DNA of 64,000 nucleotides from an uncultured archaeon (GTDB lineage: Archaea > Asgardarchaeota > Lokiarchaeia > Sigyniarchaeales > SOKP01), in the NCBI GenBank assembly GCA_964486045.1, contig CAZALK010000001.1, positions 456,242-520,241 of the forward strand. The letters are read 5' to 3'. A model generated the notes under the pieces. The model worked only from the letters and a program-made list of their open reading frames with translations, made no database searches and had not been told where the DNA came from. Numbering within the stretch: the stretch's first letter is position 1; the number at the start of each line of letters is the position of its first letter. A program made the translations under genes and the position numbers. Below are positions 42,049 through 51,496 of the stretch, in pieces.

Positions 42049-42534
42049 TTATTCATAATTTTCAATTACAAGCTCCATTACGTAAGAACCTTCTCCGGAT
42101 CGATAGTAGTTTTCTAATATCTTTGGATTTTTCTTAAATTTGAATTTTTCATAAAGATTGATTGCAGGAGTGTTGTTTACTTGAACATTAAGAACAATCA
42201 ATTTAATTTCTTCCATTTGTTTTATTTTCTCTAAAGTGTTCTTTAAAAGAAAAGACCCATATCCTTTGTTTTGAAACCTAGGTTTTATGAGAAAATTAAC
42301 AATGTTTACCCTATCAATCCTATCTTTAATAACTATTATAAAACCAACTAAAACTTTTTTGTGTGATTTTGTTTGAAGTTTTAAAAAGAGGATATTTCTC
42401 CCTTTTTTAGAATATTGAAAAAATTGATCCATTAATTCATTTGAAAATGCATTTTCCTTAAATACCTCCCTTTCAAGGGCCATAATTGTTTTGAAATCCT
42501 TGGAATTTATTTTCTCAATAATTTTTAAATCCAT
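42049..42534 (-). CDS. GNAT N-acetyltransferase (RimI/Ard1-like)
   Basis: FQNKGYGSFLL, LNVQVNNTPAINLYEKFKF, NYY. Confidence 0.88.
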   Translation of the reverse strand: MDLKIIEKINSKDFKTIMALEREVFKENAFSNELMDQFFQYSKKGRNILFLKLQTKSHKKVLVGFIIVIKDRIDRVNIVNFLIKPRFQNKGYGSFLLKNTLEKIKQMEEIKLIVLNVQVNNTPAINLYEKFKFKKNPKILENYYRSGEGSYVMELVIENYE

Positions 42535-43666
42535 ATTCTTGTTTAAATAATTTTATAGGTGTTTTTTCCGTTATTTGTTGATATTTTAGGTCTCTAAAAG
42601 GTGTTATTTCTACTACATAACCCTTAAGTTGAAAACTTTCAAATATGGAGACAAATTGGTTATCTACTGAAACATAAAAAGGTAATTTTATATTCTCTCC
42701 GTTATAAACCAACAATTTTTCATCCATTTTCATTCCAGATGAAAGAACATGATAAAATTTTACAAGATCCTTCTTGTTTCCTTCTAGTTGAGCAAAAATT
42801 AAAAGGCCTTCTTCTGTTATTACCTCAAATGGTAATTTAATGTTTTTAGCTCTTCGTAAGTATCTGTTTTTTAACTGAAAATAATCCTTTGCTGTTGTAG
42901 AGCAAAAGTGTATTTGAATAGAAATTAATTTATTCAGATTTTTAATTAAATCAAGGGCAAATTCTTGACTTTTATTCACCGATGCAATAGTGCCTTCTTT
43001 TAAATGGAAACCTCTTTGTTTTAAGGATTGGCTGTTAGGAAAACAGTATTCAAATTCGTTTAAATTTATGAAATCCACTCCTATTTTATCAATGAAAATA
43101 GCTAAATCTTGAAGATCTTTGAAAGCTTCCTCACTAGGAATGATTGGAACTTCAACTCCTACTTTTAATCCTTTATCCAAAGCGTATTCGATGTTTGACC
43201 AGTTTTGTTTATCAGGATGGAATCTAATTTCATCCAAACCAGCTGATACGAGTTCTTCTGCTATCTTTACATTAAAATTAATACCATTAGTGTAGAGGTG
43301 AATATGGAATTTACTACCTTTTTGACCTTTGATATTCTTAATATAGTCAAGAGATTTCGATAAATTTAATTTAGAAAGCGGTTCACCTCCAGTAATACTC
43401 ATCCCTTTTGCATCTATTTTGTTTATTTCTTCTAATAACTCCTCTTTTGACTTAATTTTTATTTCATTCGCGTATGTTATATCCTTATCCTTTCTTTCTG
43501 CTGATATAGGACAATACCAAGAACAATGATCTGGTCTTTGACAAATTCCATTTAAAAATAGCACGGCTTTTTGTCCTTTTAAGCATAATTTACAGCCTTT
43601 AGGAAGCTTTCTTCCTTTAATCAAATAATTATTTTCTTTAGTTTTAACAATTTTAACTTTGCTCAC
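42515..43666 (-). CDS. Radical SAM protein (archaeal conserved)
   Basis: LPKGCKLC, CQRPDHCSWYCP, ITGGEP, HIHLYTNG, GLDEIRFHP. Confidence 0.88.
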   Translation of the reverse strand: MSKVKIVKTKENNYLIKGRKLPKGCKLCLKGQKAVLFLNGICQRPDHCSWYCPISAERKDKDITYANEIKIKSKEELLEEINKIDAKGMSITGGEPLSKLNLSKSLDYIKNIKGQKGSKFHIHLYTNGINFNVKIAEELVSAGLDEIRFHPDKQNWSNIEYALDKGLKVGVEVPIIPSEEAFKDLQDLAIFIDKIGVDFINLNEFEYCFPNSQSLKQRGFHLKEGTIASVNKSQEFALDLIKNLNKLISIQIHFCSTTAKDYFQLKNRYLRRAKNIKLPFEVITEEGLLIFAQLEGNKKDLVKFYHVLSSGMKMDEKLLVYNGENIKLPFYVSVDNQFVSIFESFQLKGYVVEITPFRDLKYQQITEKTPIKLFKQEYGFKNY

Positions 43667-44370
43667 ACTTTATATAGTTTTTTTCGTATAATTGACTTTT
43701 TTTTGGCAAGAGTTTTTAAAACTTCTTCAATAGATTCGCTTAAATGGAGTTTTCTTTTTAAAAACACTCCAGTTTTCCCGAATTTCTCTCTTTTTAATAG
43801 AACTCTTTTACGTTCATTCACAATATCAACACTAACACCTACTTCTTTTGCCGCAATGGATTCGTTTCCAATAATTGAAACCTCTTCATGCCCATTTTGG
43901 TTTGGTCTAATTAAAACAAGCCTTTTATCTATTCCAGGCACCCTAACACCTGAATTTAGATCATCCATATTTAATTTTCCGCCAAAATTATAGAACTCAA
44001 TAATATTTTTTCCTAATTTCGATAATGGAATAGTTATACTTTCTAGTTCGCTTAAATGAATGTAAAGCTTGATAGAATCTAGGGGTGTTGCCATAATTAT
44101 TTCTCTAAAAGAATTTTCGAAGCCATTTTTATGTAGAATATACTCAACCTGAAACGATGGGATTTCTTGAATAAATATAATATCAATATCACTTGACTCA
44201 TTTACATCACCCCTAGCAACGCTTCCGTAAACAAATGGTTTAAGTCCCTCCTTAACAAAGATGTTTAATAGTTTTGATGCATTAGCTCTCTTATTTTTTA
44301 ATACAGTCCAGTTATGTTCCGAATACGTTATTGAATTATAATGAACTCTTAAAACATTTCGATTTTTCAT
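43663..44370 (-). CDS. Minimal-type nucleotidyltransferase domain protein
   Basis: VYGSVARGDV..SDIDI; RVPGIDKRL, GKTGVFL. Confidence 0.88.
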   Translation of the reverse strand: MKNRNVLRVHYNSITYSEHNWTVLKNKRANASKLLNIFVKEGLKPFVYGSVARGDVNESSDIDIIFIQEIPSFQVEYILHKNGFENSFREIIMATPLDSIKLYIHLSELESITIPLSKLGKNIIEFYNFGGKLNMDDLNSGVRVPGIDKRLVLIRPNQNGHEEVSIIGNESIAAKEVGVSVDIVNERKRVLLKREKFGKTGVFLKRKLHLSESIEEVLKTLAKKKSIIRKKLYKV

Positions 44371-44373
44371 AAA

Positions 44374-45216
44374 TCAATCGGGATCTTTAGATTTAATTAA
44401 TTTTTTTTCTATAATATCAATAAGTATTCCTAACAGAATAGTTTCGTAATATTTAAATCCTCTATTGGATTTTTCAAATATAATTAGCTCTACTTTCTTC
44501 GCGTTTTTTTCTCCAAAATACTTCTCATATCGCTTAAGTTTTTTATTTTTAAAAATAAAGAATCGTCGTTTACTAAAAATATAAAACAATTGAGATTCTT
44601 GTTGTTGACCTTTAAAGATTTCTTGACGAACTCCTACATTTCTTTTACTTATTTTAGGATTAGGTAAGATTATCCCAACATTTTTAGAATCTGTAAAAAC
44701 TGCCCTGGTTAGGAAAAGTGAATCTGAAAAATTTAATAGAATGTAACTAGGATTAGAAATAAGATCTTTCTGTTCTAATTTATTTATTATTGATGAAATT
44801 AGAGGTTTGTACTCATCATTTATAGGTTCAGTTGATATCTTAGACTCTATATTTTGTCCAATTTTAATTTTTATAGTTATAACATTAAATCCATAGCTGC
44901 TTAAGCCCTCAGTTAAAATTCTTACCAATTTTTTCTTGAAAATTGTTCTTAAGATTATAATTACTTTATCGTCTGTGTTATTATCTTGAAGAGATGTGTT
45001 CTTAGTCAAATCCCAATATTTTGTACTAATAGCCCCACTTGTAACTTGTTCTTGTGTTTTATGAAAAGAGTGGCATTCAAGTGCTGTATTAGAAAAATTT
45101 AATCGCCATCGATGAGTTGATTTGAAAAATTTTACCCCGATCAATAGCAAAATCAATAAAATTATTATAATTGTATCAATAAAAACCCAATCTATACGTA
45201 TTGATAAGATTACCAT
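44374..45216 (-). CDS. Membrane-anchored hypothetical protein (degenerate alpha/beta-hydrolase-like)
   Basis: N-terminal TM; LTEGLSSYGFNVITI segment. Confidence 0.6.
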   Translation of the reverse strand: MVILSIRIDWVFIDTIIIILLILLLIGVKFFKSTHRWRLNFSNTALECHSFHKTQEQVTSGAISTKYWDLTKNTSLQDNNTDDKVIIILRTIFKKKLVRILTEGLSSYGFNVITIKIKIGQNIESKISTEPINDEYKPLISSIINKLEQKDLISNPSYILLNFSDSLFLTRAVFTDSKNVGIILPNPKISKRNVGVRQEIFKGQQQESQLFYIFSKRRFFIFKNKKLKRYEKYFGEKNAKKVELIIFEKSNRGFKYYETILLGILIDIIEKKLIKSKDPD

Positions 45217-45240
45217 GATTTATGGAGAATTTTCTTTTAA

Positions 45241-45555
45241 TCAATCAACAACATCTTTAATCCAATTTAAATATTTTTGAGATCCTTTTTCTACTTTAAA
45301 TCCGATGCATTCAGGTATGTCATATGAATGGATTTCATTTATTTTCTGAATTATTGATTCGCTATTATCTTCTGTGGTTTTGATTAGTAATAAATGTTCA
45401 TTATCTTCTTGTATTTCCCCTTTCCATCGATACACTGAAGAAATATCTTTTATTATTTGTACACAAGCTGCTAGTCTGCTTTCAACAAGACTTCCGGCTA
45501 TTTTTTTCCCCTCCTCAATATTTGGGACGGTTACTGTGAATAGATAAAAATCCAT
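45241..45555 (-). CDS. cutA: Divalent-cation tolerance protein CutA
   Basis: LVESRLAACVQI, SVYRWKG, HSYDIPE, YLNWI; ATG at 45555 preferred over the track start. Confidence 0.92.
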   Translation of the reverse strand: MDFYLFTVTVPNIEEGKKIAGSLVESRLAACVQIIKDISSVYRWKGEIQEDNEHLLLIKTTEDNSESIIQKINEIHSYDIPECIGFKVEKGSQKYLNWIKDVVD

Positions 45556-45675
45556 TTTAATTTTTCCTTTAATATATCTATTTTTGATTATGGTAATACT
45601 TGATATCAAATTATTTAAGATTTATTTCATTAAGAAATAAAAAATGTATTTATTATTCATTCACTTTTTTAAGAG

Positions 45676-48312
45676 TTGATAAGAATATTACAAAAAATTG
45701 AAAAGCTTTCATTAAATGGAACATGGGTTATAAAAAGTTTAGAGAAATCAATTAAAATATATGGTCAAGTTCCTGGAACTGTTTTTGAAGCTTTACTAGA
45801 AAATAAAATTATAGATGATCCTTTTTATGGTGAAAATGAGAAAGGAATGAAATGGGTGTATGAGTCTGATTGGCAGTATGAAATAGAATTTAGCTTAGAA
45901 CCAAATTTTCTAGAACATAAAAAAATATTATTGCGGTTTTATGGATTGGATACAATAGCAGAAGTGATTTTAAATGGTGAATCTATAGGTTCTGTAAATA
46001 ATATGTTTGTAAGATATGATTATGAAGTGAAGTCTAAATTAAGGGAAACAAATAATAAATTAGAAATCAAATTTAGAAGTCCAACTTCAAAAAGCCGTGA
46101 AGAAATAGAAAAAAATAGAATAATGTTAAATACTGGTTACGCAGCAATCCCTGGGATTCCGTATTTGAGGAAGGCACAATATTCATTCGGTTGGGATTGG
46201 GGACCTAAATTGCCAGATATCGGTATTTGGAAAACCGTTGAAATAATAGGATTCGATGAGATTAAAATCAAATCGGTTTTTCCGTTTACAAATCTCGAAT
46301 TTAACAAAAATCCTTTGAATATTAGTGATCCTAATGAATTTTCTACGATTGAGGTAAAAGCAGCAAGTATATTCATAGAAATTGAATTTGAATTAAGTAA
46401 TGAAAATATTTCGGACTTTTTTTACATAATAAAAGCCCAGTTAAAAGCGCCAAATGATGAGGTGTTTATTAAAGAAATCCCTCTGAGTAAGAAAAAGGAA
46501 ACATTTAGATTTGATATTGAAAATCCTTTTCTCTGGTGGACACACGATCTCGGGATTCCAAACCTCTATCAAATAGAAATTTTTATCTTAAAGGATGAAA
46601 TATTAGAAAGTGTAACTCAGCAGATAGGATTAAGATCTATTCAGCTTGTTAGAAAATCGGATAAGTGGGGGGAAACATTCTATTTTCTTCTAAATGGAAT
46701 TCCGCTCTTTACAAAAGGTGCAAATTGGATTCCAATAGATAGTTTTATTCCAAGGGGTAAGAAGCTAGGACTTTATTCTATGAATTTGAATTATGCCAAA
46801 AGAGCTAACATGAATATGATTCGTGTATGGGGCGGGGGGATTTATGAGGATGAAACCTTCTATAATTTGTGTGATGAATTGGGATTGTTAGTTTGGCAAG
46901 ATTTCCCATTCGCTTGCGCACTGTATCCTTATAATGCTGAATTTATTGAAAATGTAGAACAGGAAGCAATTCAAAACATAAAGAGATTAAGAAGACACAC
47001 TAGTCTTGCATTATGGTGTGGTAATAATGAAATTGAATCAATGTGGAAACGGGTCAATAATTCAAAAATTATAGAAAATAGTATAGAAAGGCTTAATTTT
47101 CTAACAAAATTTTATTTGAAAATCTTTGAAGATATCTTACCTCAATTGATTAAGAAATTTGACCCAACTCGGGCTTATTGGCCTAGTTCACCATCAAGTG
47201 GGTTTATTAGTGAAAAACTTGCAGGAGGGAGTTCAAATAATCCCAATATCGGTGATTCACACTACTGGGCAGTGTGGCATGGAAATTTGCCTTTCTCTGC
47301 TTATAAAAAGTTCAATTCTCGTTTTATGTCTGAATTCGGCTTTGAATCTTTTCCTTCCTTGAAAACTATTGAAAAATTTTGTCCCTTTGATCAATATAAT
47401 TTCAATTCCCCAAGTATGGAAAACCATCAGAAAAACTCCGCTGGCAATCAGAAAATTATGGATTATATGGATAAACGGTTTTCGATACCTGAGGAATTCG
47501 AACATCAAATATTTTTATCACAAATTACTCAAGCAGAAGCAATAGAATATGGTGTAGAGCATTGGAGACGAAATCGTAATGAATATCATTGTATGGGTTC
47601 TCTTTATTGGCAATTGAATGATTGCTGGCCTGTTGCAAGTTGGTCCTCACTGGATTACTATGGGAGGTGGAAAGCGCTTCACTATTTTGCAAAACGGTTT
47701 TACCAACCACTTTTCGCAAGTGTCCAAGAGAACCCTTTCCAAGTAGAATTTTGGGTATCAAATGATTTAAAAGAACCGTGTGAAATCGATTTAGACTGGA
47801 AAATACTAAATTCTGAAGGGGATATACTATTGAAAGGGATTAAATCTGCAAAGATTTTTCCATGTAGTTCTTCAAAACTCGAATCGGTGGATGTAAGTGG
47901 AATAAATATTGATGAAAAATCCATTCAAAATAATATCATATTCTATAAATTATTTCAAAGGGATAAACAAAAAAGATTAGTTTATAGCGGATTTCGTTTA
48001 TTTGATGCTCCTAAATTTTTTACCTTAAAAGATCCGAAAATATCGTACACATATGAAGAATTAATTGATGTAAAAAATAATAATAGCTGCTTTAGACTAA
48101 GATTAAAAGCACAGAATATCGCGTTATATGTCAACATCGACTCAGATTTAGTTGACATCATAACTACGGATAACTTCTTTTCAATGGAACCTAATGAAAC
48201 ATATACAATCGATATTGAAATCATAAGAACTGTAATGTCTACTACATCTTATTCGAATCAGAGGATTATTGACTCCTTCAAGATAAGATCGCTGTATGAT
48301 ATCTATAAATAA
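45676..48312 (+). CDS. Beta-mannosidase (GH2)
   Basis: [53 protein letters not shown]. Confidence 0.93.
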   Translation: MIRILQKIEKLSLNGTWVIKSLEKSIKIYGQVPGTVFEALLENKIIDDPFYGENEKGMKWVYESDWQYEIEFSLEPNFLEHKKILLRFYGLDTIAEVILNGESIGSVNNMFVRYDYEVKSKLRETNNKLEIKFRSPTSKSREEIEKNRIMLNTGYAAIPGIPYLRKAQYSFGWDWGPKLPDIGIWKTVEIIGFDEIKIKSVFPFTNLEFNKNPLNISDPNEFSTIEVKAASIFIEIEFELSNENISDFFYIIKAQLKAPNDEVFIKEIPLSKKKETFRFDIENPFLWWTHDLGIPNLYQIEIFILKDEILESVTQQIGLRSIQLVRKSDKWGETFYFLLNGIPLFTKGANWIPIDSFIPRGKKLGLYSMNLNYAKRANMNMIRVWGGGIYEDETFYNLCDELGLLVWQDFPFACALYPYNAEFIENVEQEAIQNIKRLRRHTSLALWCGNNEIESMWKRVNNSKIIENSIERLNFLTKFYLKIFEDILPQLIKKFDPTRAYWPSSPSSGFISEKLAGGSSNNPNIGDSHYWAVWHGNLPFSAYKKFNSRFMSEFGFESFPSLKTIEKFCPFDQYNFNSPSMENHQKNSAGNQKIMDYMDKRFSIPEEFEHQIFLSQITQAEAIEYGVEHWRRNRNEYHCMGSLYWQLNDCWPVASWSSLDYYGRWKALHYFAKRFYQPLFASVQENPFQVEFWVSNDLKEPCEIDLDWKILNSEGDILLKGIKSAKIFPCSSSKLESVDVSGINIDEKSIQNNIIFYKLFQRDKQKRLVYSGFRLFDAPKFFTLKDPKISYTYEELIDVKNNNSCFRLRLKAQNIALYVNIDSDLVDIITTDNFFSMEPNETYTIDIEIIRTVMSTTSYSNQRIIDSFKIRSLYDIYK

Positions 48313-48403
48313 AAATTTACAGCTAAAAATTCTATTTTTTCTTTTATAAAGAAAAGACAGATCCATAATTAAAAAACAACTTAACAAAAAAAAGTGTTTA
48401 ATT

Positions 48404-48715
48404 ATGGATTTAGACACATATGTCTCAAGTGTTGAGGATGGGCTTGAATTCCTTATTGCATTCTTCTCGTTATTGGGATTAGCTTATACTTTTAATTTGA
48501 ACTCCTTCCATGAAATTTTCAGCTATATCTTCATATTTTTAGTGTATTATTTCTTTAAATACGGATTTAAAGGTATAAACTACTTCATACAAAATATCTC
48601 CTCAGATAAAATGAGACCACCTCGTTTTAAAAAGATCCATTATAGAGACTTAACTCGTCGAAGGAGAAAACCAATTCAATTTAGAAAATTAAAAAAATTT
48701 GAATATGAATATTAA
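48404..48715 (+). CDS. Small membrane protein
   Basis: Two hydrophobic segments and a basic tail; upstream of the ATPase. Confidence 0.5.
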   Translation: MDLDTYVSSVEDGLEFLIAFFSLLGLAYTFNLNSFHEIFSYIFIFLVYYFFKYGFKGINYFIQNISSDKMRPPRFKKIHYRDLTRRRRKPIQFRKLKKFEYEY

Positions 48716-48730
48716 AAAAAAGTTTTTAAA

Positions 48731-50752
48731 ATGGAAGCAGCTTATTGGTTAGTTAAAGTAATACTGTCACAAGGTCCCGCGAAACAAGAAAAAGAAACTT
48801 TCCTCGATTATGAGAATAAAAACAAAATTGAGATTGAAAAAACGTGGTTAAGCAATTTTTTCCAGAATGATACAGTGTATGGATTAGAACTTACTTCAAT
48901 AGGTAATAAAATTGTATGGGAATTCTTTGTTAAGGCCAGGACATATGAACAAGCAATTATACAAGGAAGCCTATTACTCAAATCATTAAAAATGAAGTTT
49001 CCGGGATTGTCTGGAACATATAAGGCGATTCCCATTACAATTGAATATTTTTCCAATCAAAATTCACTCCTTTATGAACTTGTATTACCTTCTCAAATAA
49101 TAAACAGAATCCGATTTTCCATTATAAAACAATTCATTCAAAATAGTAGAGATAACCCTAATAAGAACCGTATTTTAAGATTATTTATATCATGGCAAGA
49201 AGACGATTCTGTCTCTAATTCCAATAGTGCCCCATATGGTTTCTCGGAATTTGGAGACTTTAAAATCAAAATTTTTGTAAAGATTGATTTCAAAAATTTA
49301 CCATTTAAAAATAAGAAATCTGTAGATCCTCTACTACAAGCAGAACTTGATTTCCTTGTAATGAATATTTTAAATCTCAGAAGAGAAAGCGCTTATATAA
49401 AGGAAGTTTCCAGCAATATATTGAAAAGAATCTTAGAAGGAAAAGTTTTCTGGGTGAATCATAAACGGATACAAACTGGAAAAAGATATTACAAAATTAT
49501 GCACGAAATTCCGTTGATGATACAACCATCGTTCATTAGACCATATAATGGAGATTTTAATTTCTCTGGGCATTCTGGACTACCAAGACCATTTATTTTA
49601 GAGGATGAGAAAATTGTCGACTTGGATATTTCAGAGAATGATCAAAATTTTATTTGGTTCGGAAAAATGTTGCGACAAGGTGTCCCAACTGAAGATAACG
49701 CTTATTTTCATATAGATAACCTTTCACAAAGCTGTATTATCGCAGGTGAGACAGGAACAGGTAAAACTAACTGTGCAAGTATAATTGTTAATGAGATTAA
49801 TAGAAAAGCACCTCAAATTGGTATTTTAACCATAGGATTGTCAAAAAAAAATCAAGATATCTTTTTTAAACCTGATAAAATCATTAGGTATGGGGATGAA
49901 GAACTAAAAATTCCATATTTTGTTAAACCCAACTCGAACGTGATGACTTTGGAAAAATATGCCCAAGAAACTGCTATGTATTTAACTGCTGCTATCGGTT
50001 TGAAGGGTACTGCTACAACTTGTACTTACAATACTATGATGGCTTACAATGGTGCTAAAAATTGCCCTATGACCCCAACTGGATTGTTTGAATCGACACT
50101 CAACTATCTTGATCATCCCGAGCATAAATATCACGAAAAATTTCAGACTAATATTAAATCTGAGATATTAAATAATGTATTTGAACGATTTAATGACCCT
50201 ATTATTGAAAAAGTTCTCACGTTGACTCCTAAAATTCCTAAATGGTTTAAACAATGGCGAAATGGAGTAAACATCTATATTGACCTTACAGAAGCAAGTG
50301 TATGGTCGAAAATAATTGCATGTTTTGCCTTATTCCAAATGATAAAGACTCTTACTGCTGACCTCGACGTTCATACATTAAACAACCTGATTGTGATTGA
50401 TGAAATTAAACATCTTGGGGCAAAACCACTATCTACTCACCCATACGATGATTTTCGCATCGCTAAAGAACGTCTAGAAATTATCTTGAAAGAATTACTC
50501 GAAGAATTCCGAAGCAGAGGAATAGCTTTCCTTTTAATTGATACAGACCCTTCTACCTTGTTTAAGTCTATTTCCAAATCCCCAAGCTTAAAATTCGTGT
50601 TTAGACTCGACCTTGAGAGCGGAAAATGCTTCACGCCAGACCAAAAGGAATTAAAATATATAAAAAATCAAGTACATCGGCACGCGATATTTTTTAACGG
50701 TGCTACAGGTGAAGAGTTCATAATTAAAACGTTAAGAAATAGGATTAGATAA
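48731..50752 (+). CDS. HerA/VirB4-like (FtsK-HerA superfamily) ATPase
   Basis: IAGETGTGKT, LIVIDE, EFRSRGI, KFVFRL. Confidence 0.8.
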   Translation: MEAAYWLVKVILSQGPAKQEKETFLDYENKNKIEIEKTWLSNFFQNDTVYGLELTSIGNKIVWEFFVKARTYEQAIIQGSLLLKSLKMKFPGLSGTYKAIPITIEYFSNQNSLLYELVLPSQIINRIRFSIIKQFIQNSRDNPNKNRILRLFISWQEDDSVSNSNSAPYGFSEFGDFKIKIFVKIDFKNLPFKNKKSVDPLLQAELDFLVMNILNLRRESAYIKEVSSNILKRILEGKVFWVNHKRIQTGKRYYKIMHEIPLMIQPSFIRPYNGDFNFSGHSGLPRPFILEDEKIVDLDISENDQNFIWFGKMLRQGVPTEDNAYFHIDNLSQSCIIAGETGTGKTNCASIIVNEINRKAPQIGILTIGLSKKNQDIFFKPDKIIRYGDEELKIPYFVKPNSNVMTLEKYAQETAMYLTAAIGLKGTATTCTYNTMMAYNGAKNCPMTPTGLFESTLNYLDHPEHKYHEKFQTNIKSEILNNVFERFNDPIIEKVLTLTPKIPKWFKQWRNGVNIYIDLTEASVWSKIIACFALFQMIKTLTADLDVHTLNNLIVIDEIKHLGAKPLSTHPYDDFRIAKERLEIILKELLEEFRSRGIAFLLIDTDPSTLFKSISKSPSLKFVFRLDLESGKCFTPDQKELKYIKNQVHRHAIFFNGATGEEFIIKTLRNRIR

Positions 50753-50855
50753 CTATAGATGGGCTTATTTGGTTAAAAATTCAATAATTCTGAAATTTTC
50801 CTTTAAATACTTTTATTATAATATCTTAATAGTCAAGTTCTATGAGAGGATATAA

Positions 50856-51350
50856 ATGGAAAATCTTGGAAAAACCTTCTTAATGGTTATTGAACCTTAT
50901 GATTTTGATATGAAGCAGCAAAAAGTGTTTCATTCTGATTTTGGGTTTGTAATAGTGACCGCATCAGAATTTTTTAGAGATTCTATGATAAAACTCTGTA
51001 AAGAATGCCATAGTGTGCGAAAAAGGAACTTTGGTCCAAAAATTCTCACAAGTACTCGAAAACGTATGAGAGACTTTGTTAACAAATCAATAAAAACAGA
51101 ACGTGACTTATTAGAGTTAGTGGCAATGTTATTTGATATTGCTTACTATACTGCGGTATCTCATGATAAAAATGCTCATTTAAGGAAATTTATTGCGATT
51201 GAAGGAGCAACCCCTACATATTTTGGATTTGTAGGCTCAAAAGATTATAACAGTTTTGATATCATTAGCAAAATCCAAGAAAAAATTGGGAGCACGAAGG
51301 ATGGGAATGGGACAGGTTGTTGTTTTGAAATTTATCAAATTAAAAACTAA
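50856..51350 (+). CDS. Hypothetical protein
   Basis: 164-aa ORF with GAGG RBS. Confidence 0.6.
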   Translation: MENLGKTFLMVIEPYDFDMKQQKVFHSDFGFVIVTASEFFRDSMIKLCKECHSVRKRNFGPKILTSTRKRMRDFVNKSIKTERDLLELVAMLFDIAYYTAVSHDKNAHLRKFIAIEGATPTYFGFVGSKDYNSFDIISKIQEKIGSTKDGNGTGCCFEIYQIKN

Positions 51351-51496
51351 TAAAACATTAAAGGGATATTAGAAACAATTTAGACGAAACTTACACGCGG
51401 GGTTCTAAATAAGAGTGGGATTGAAGAATTTTTCTTTATAAATGCTTATTTATCTTTATTTCAATTAGTTAAAATTTACAAAATTCACACGATAAA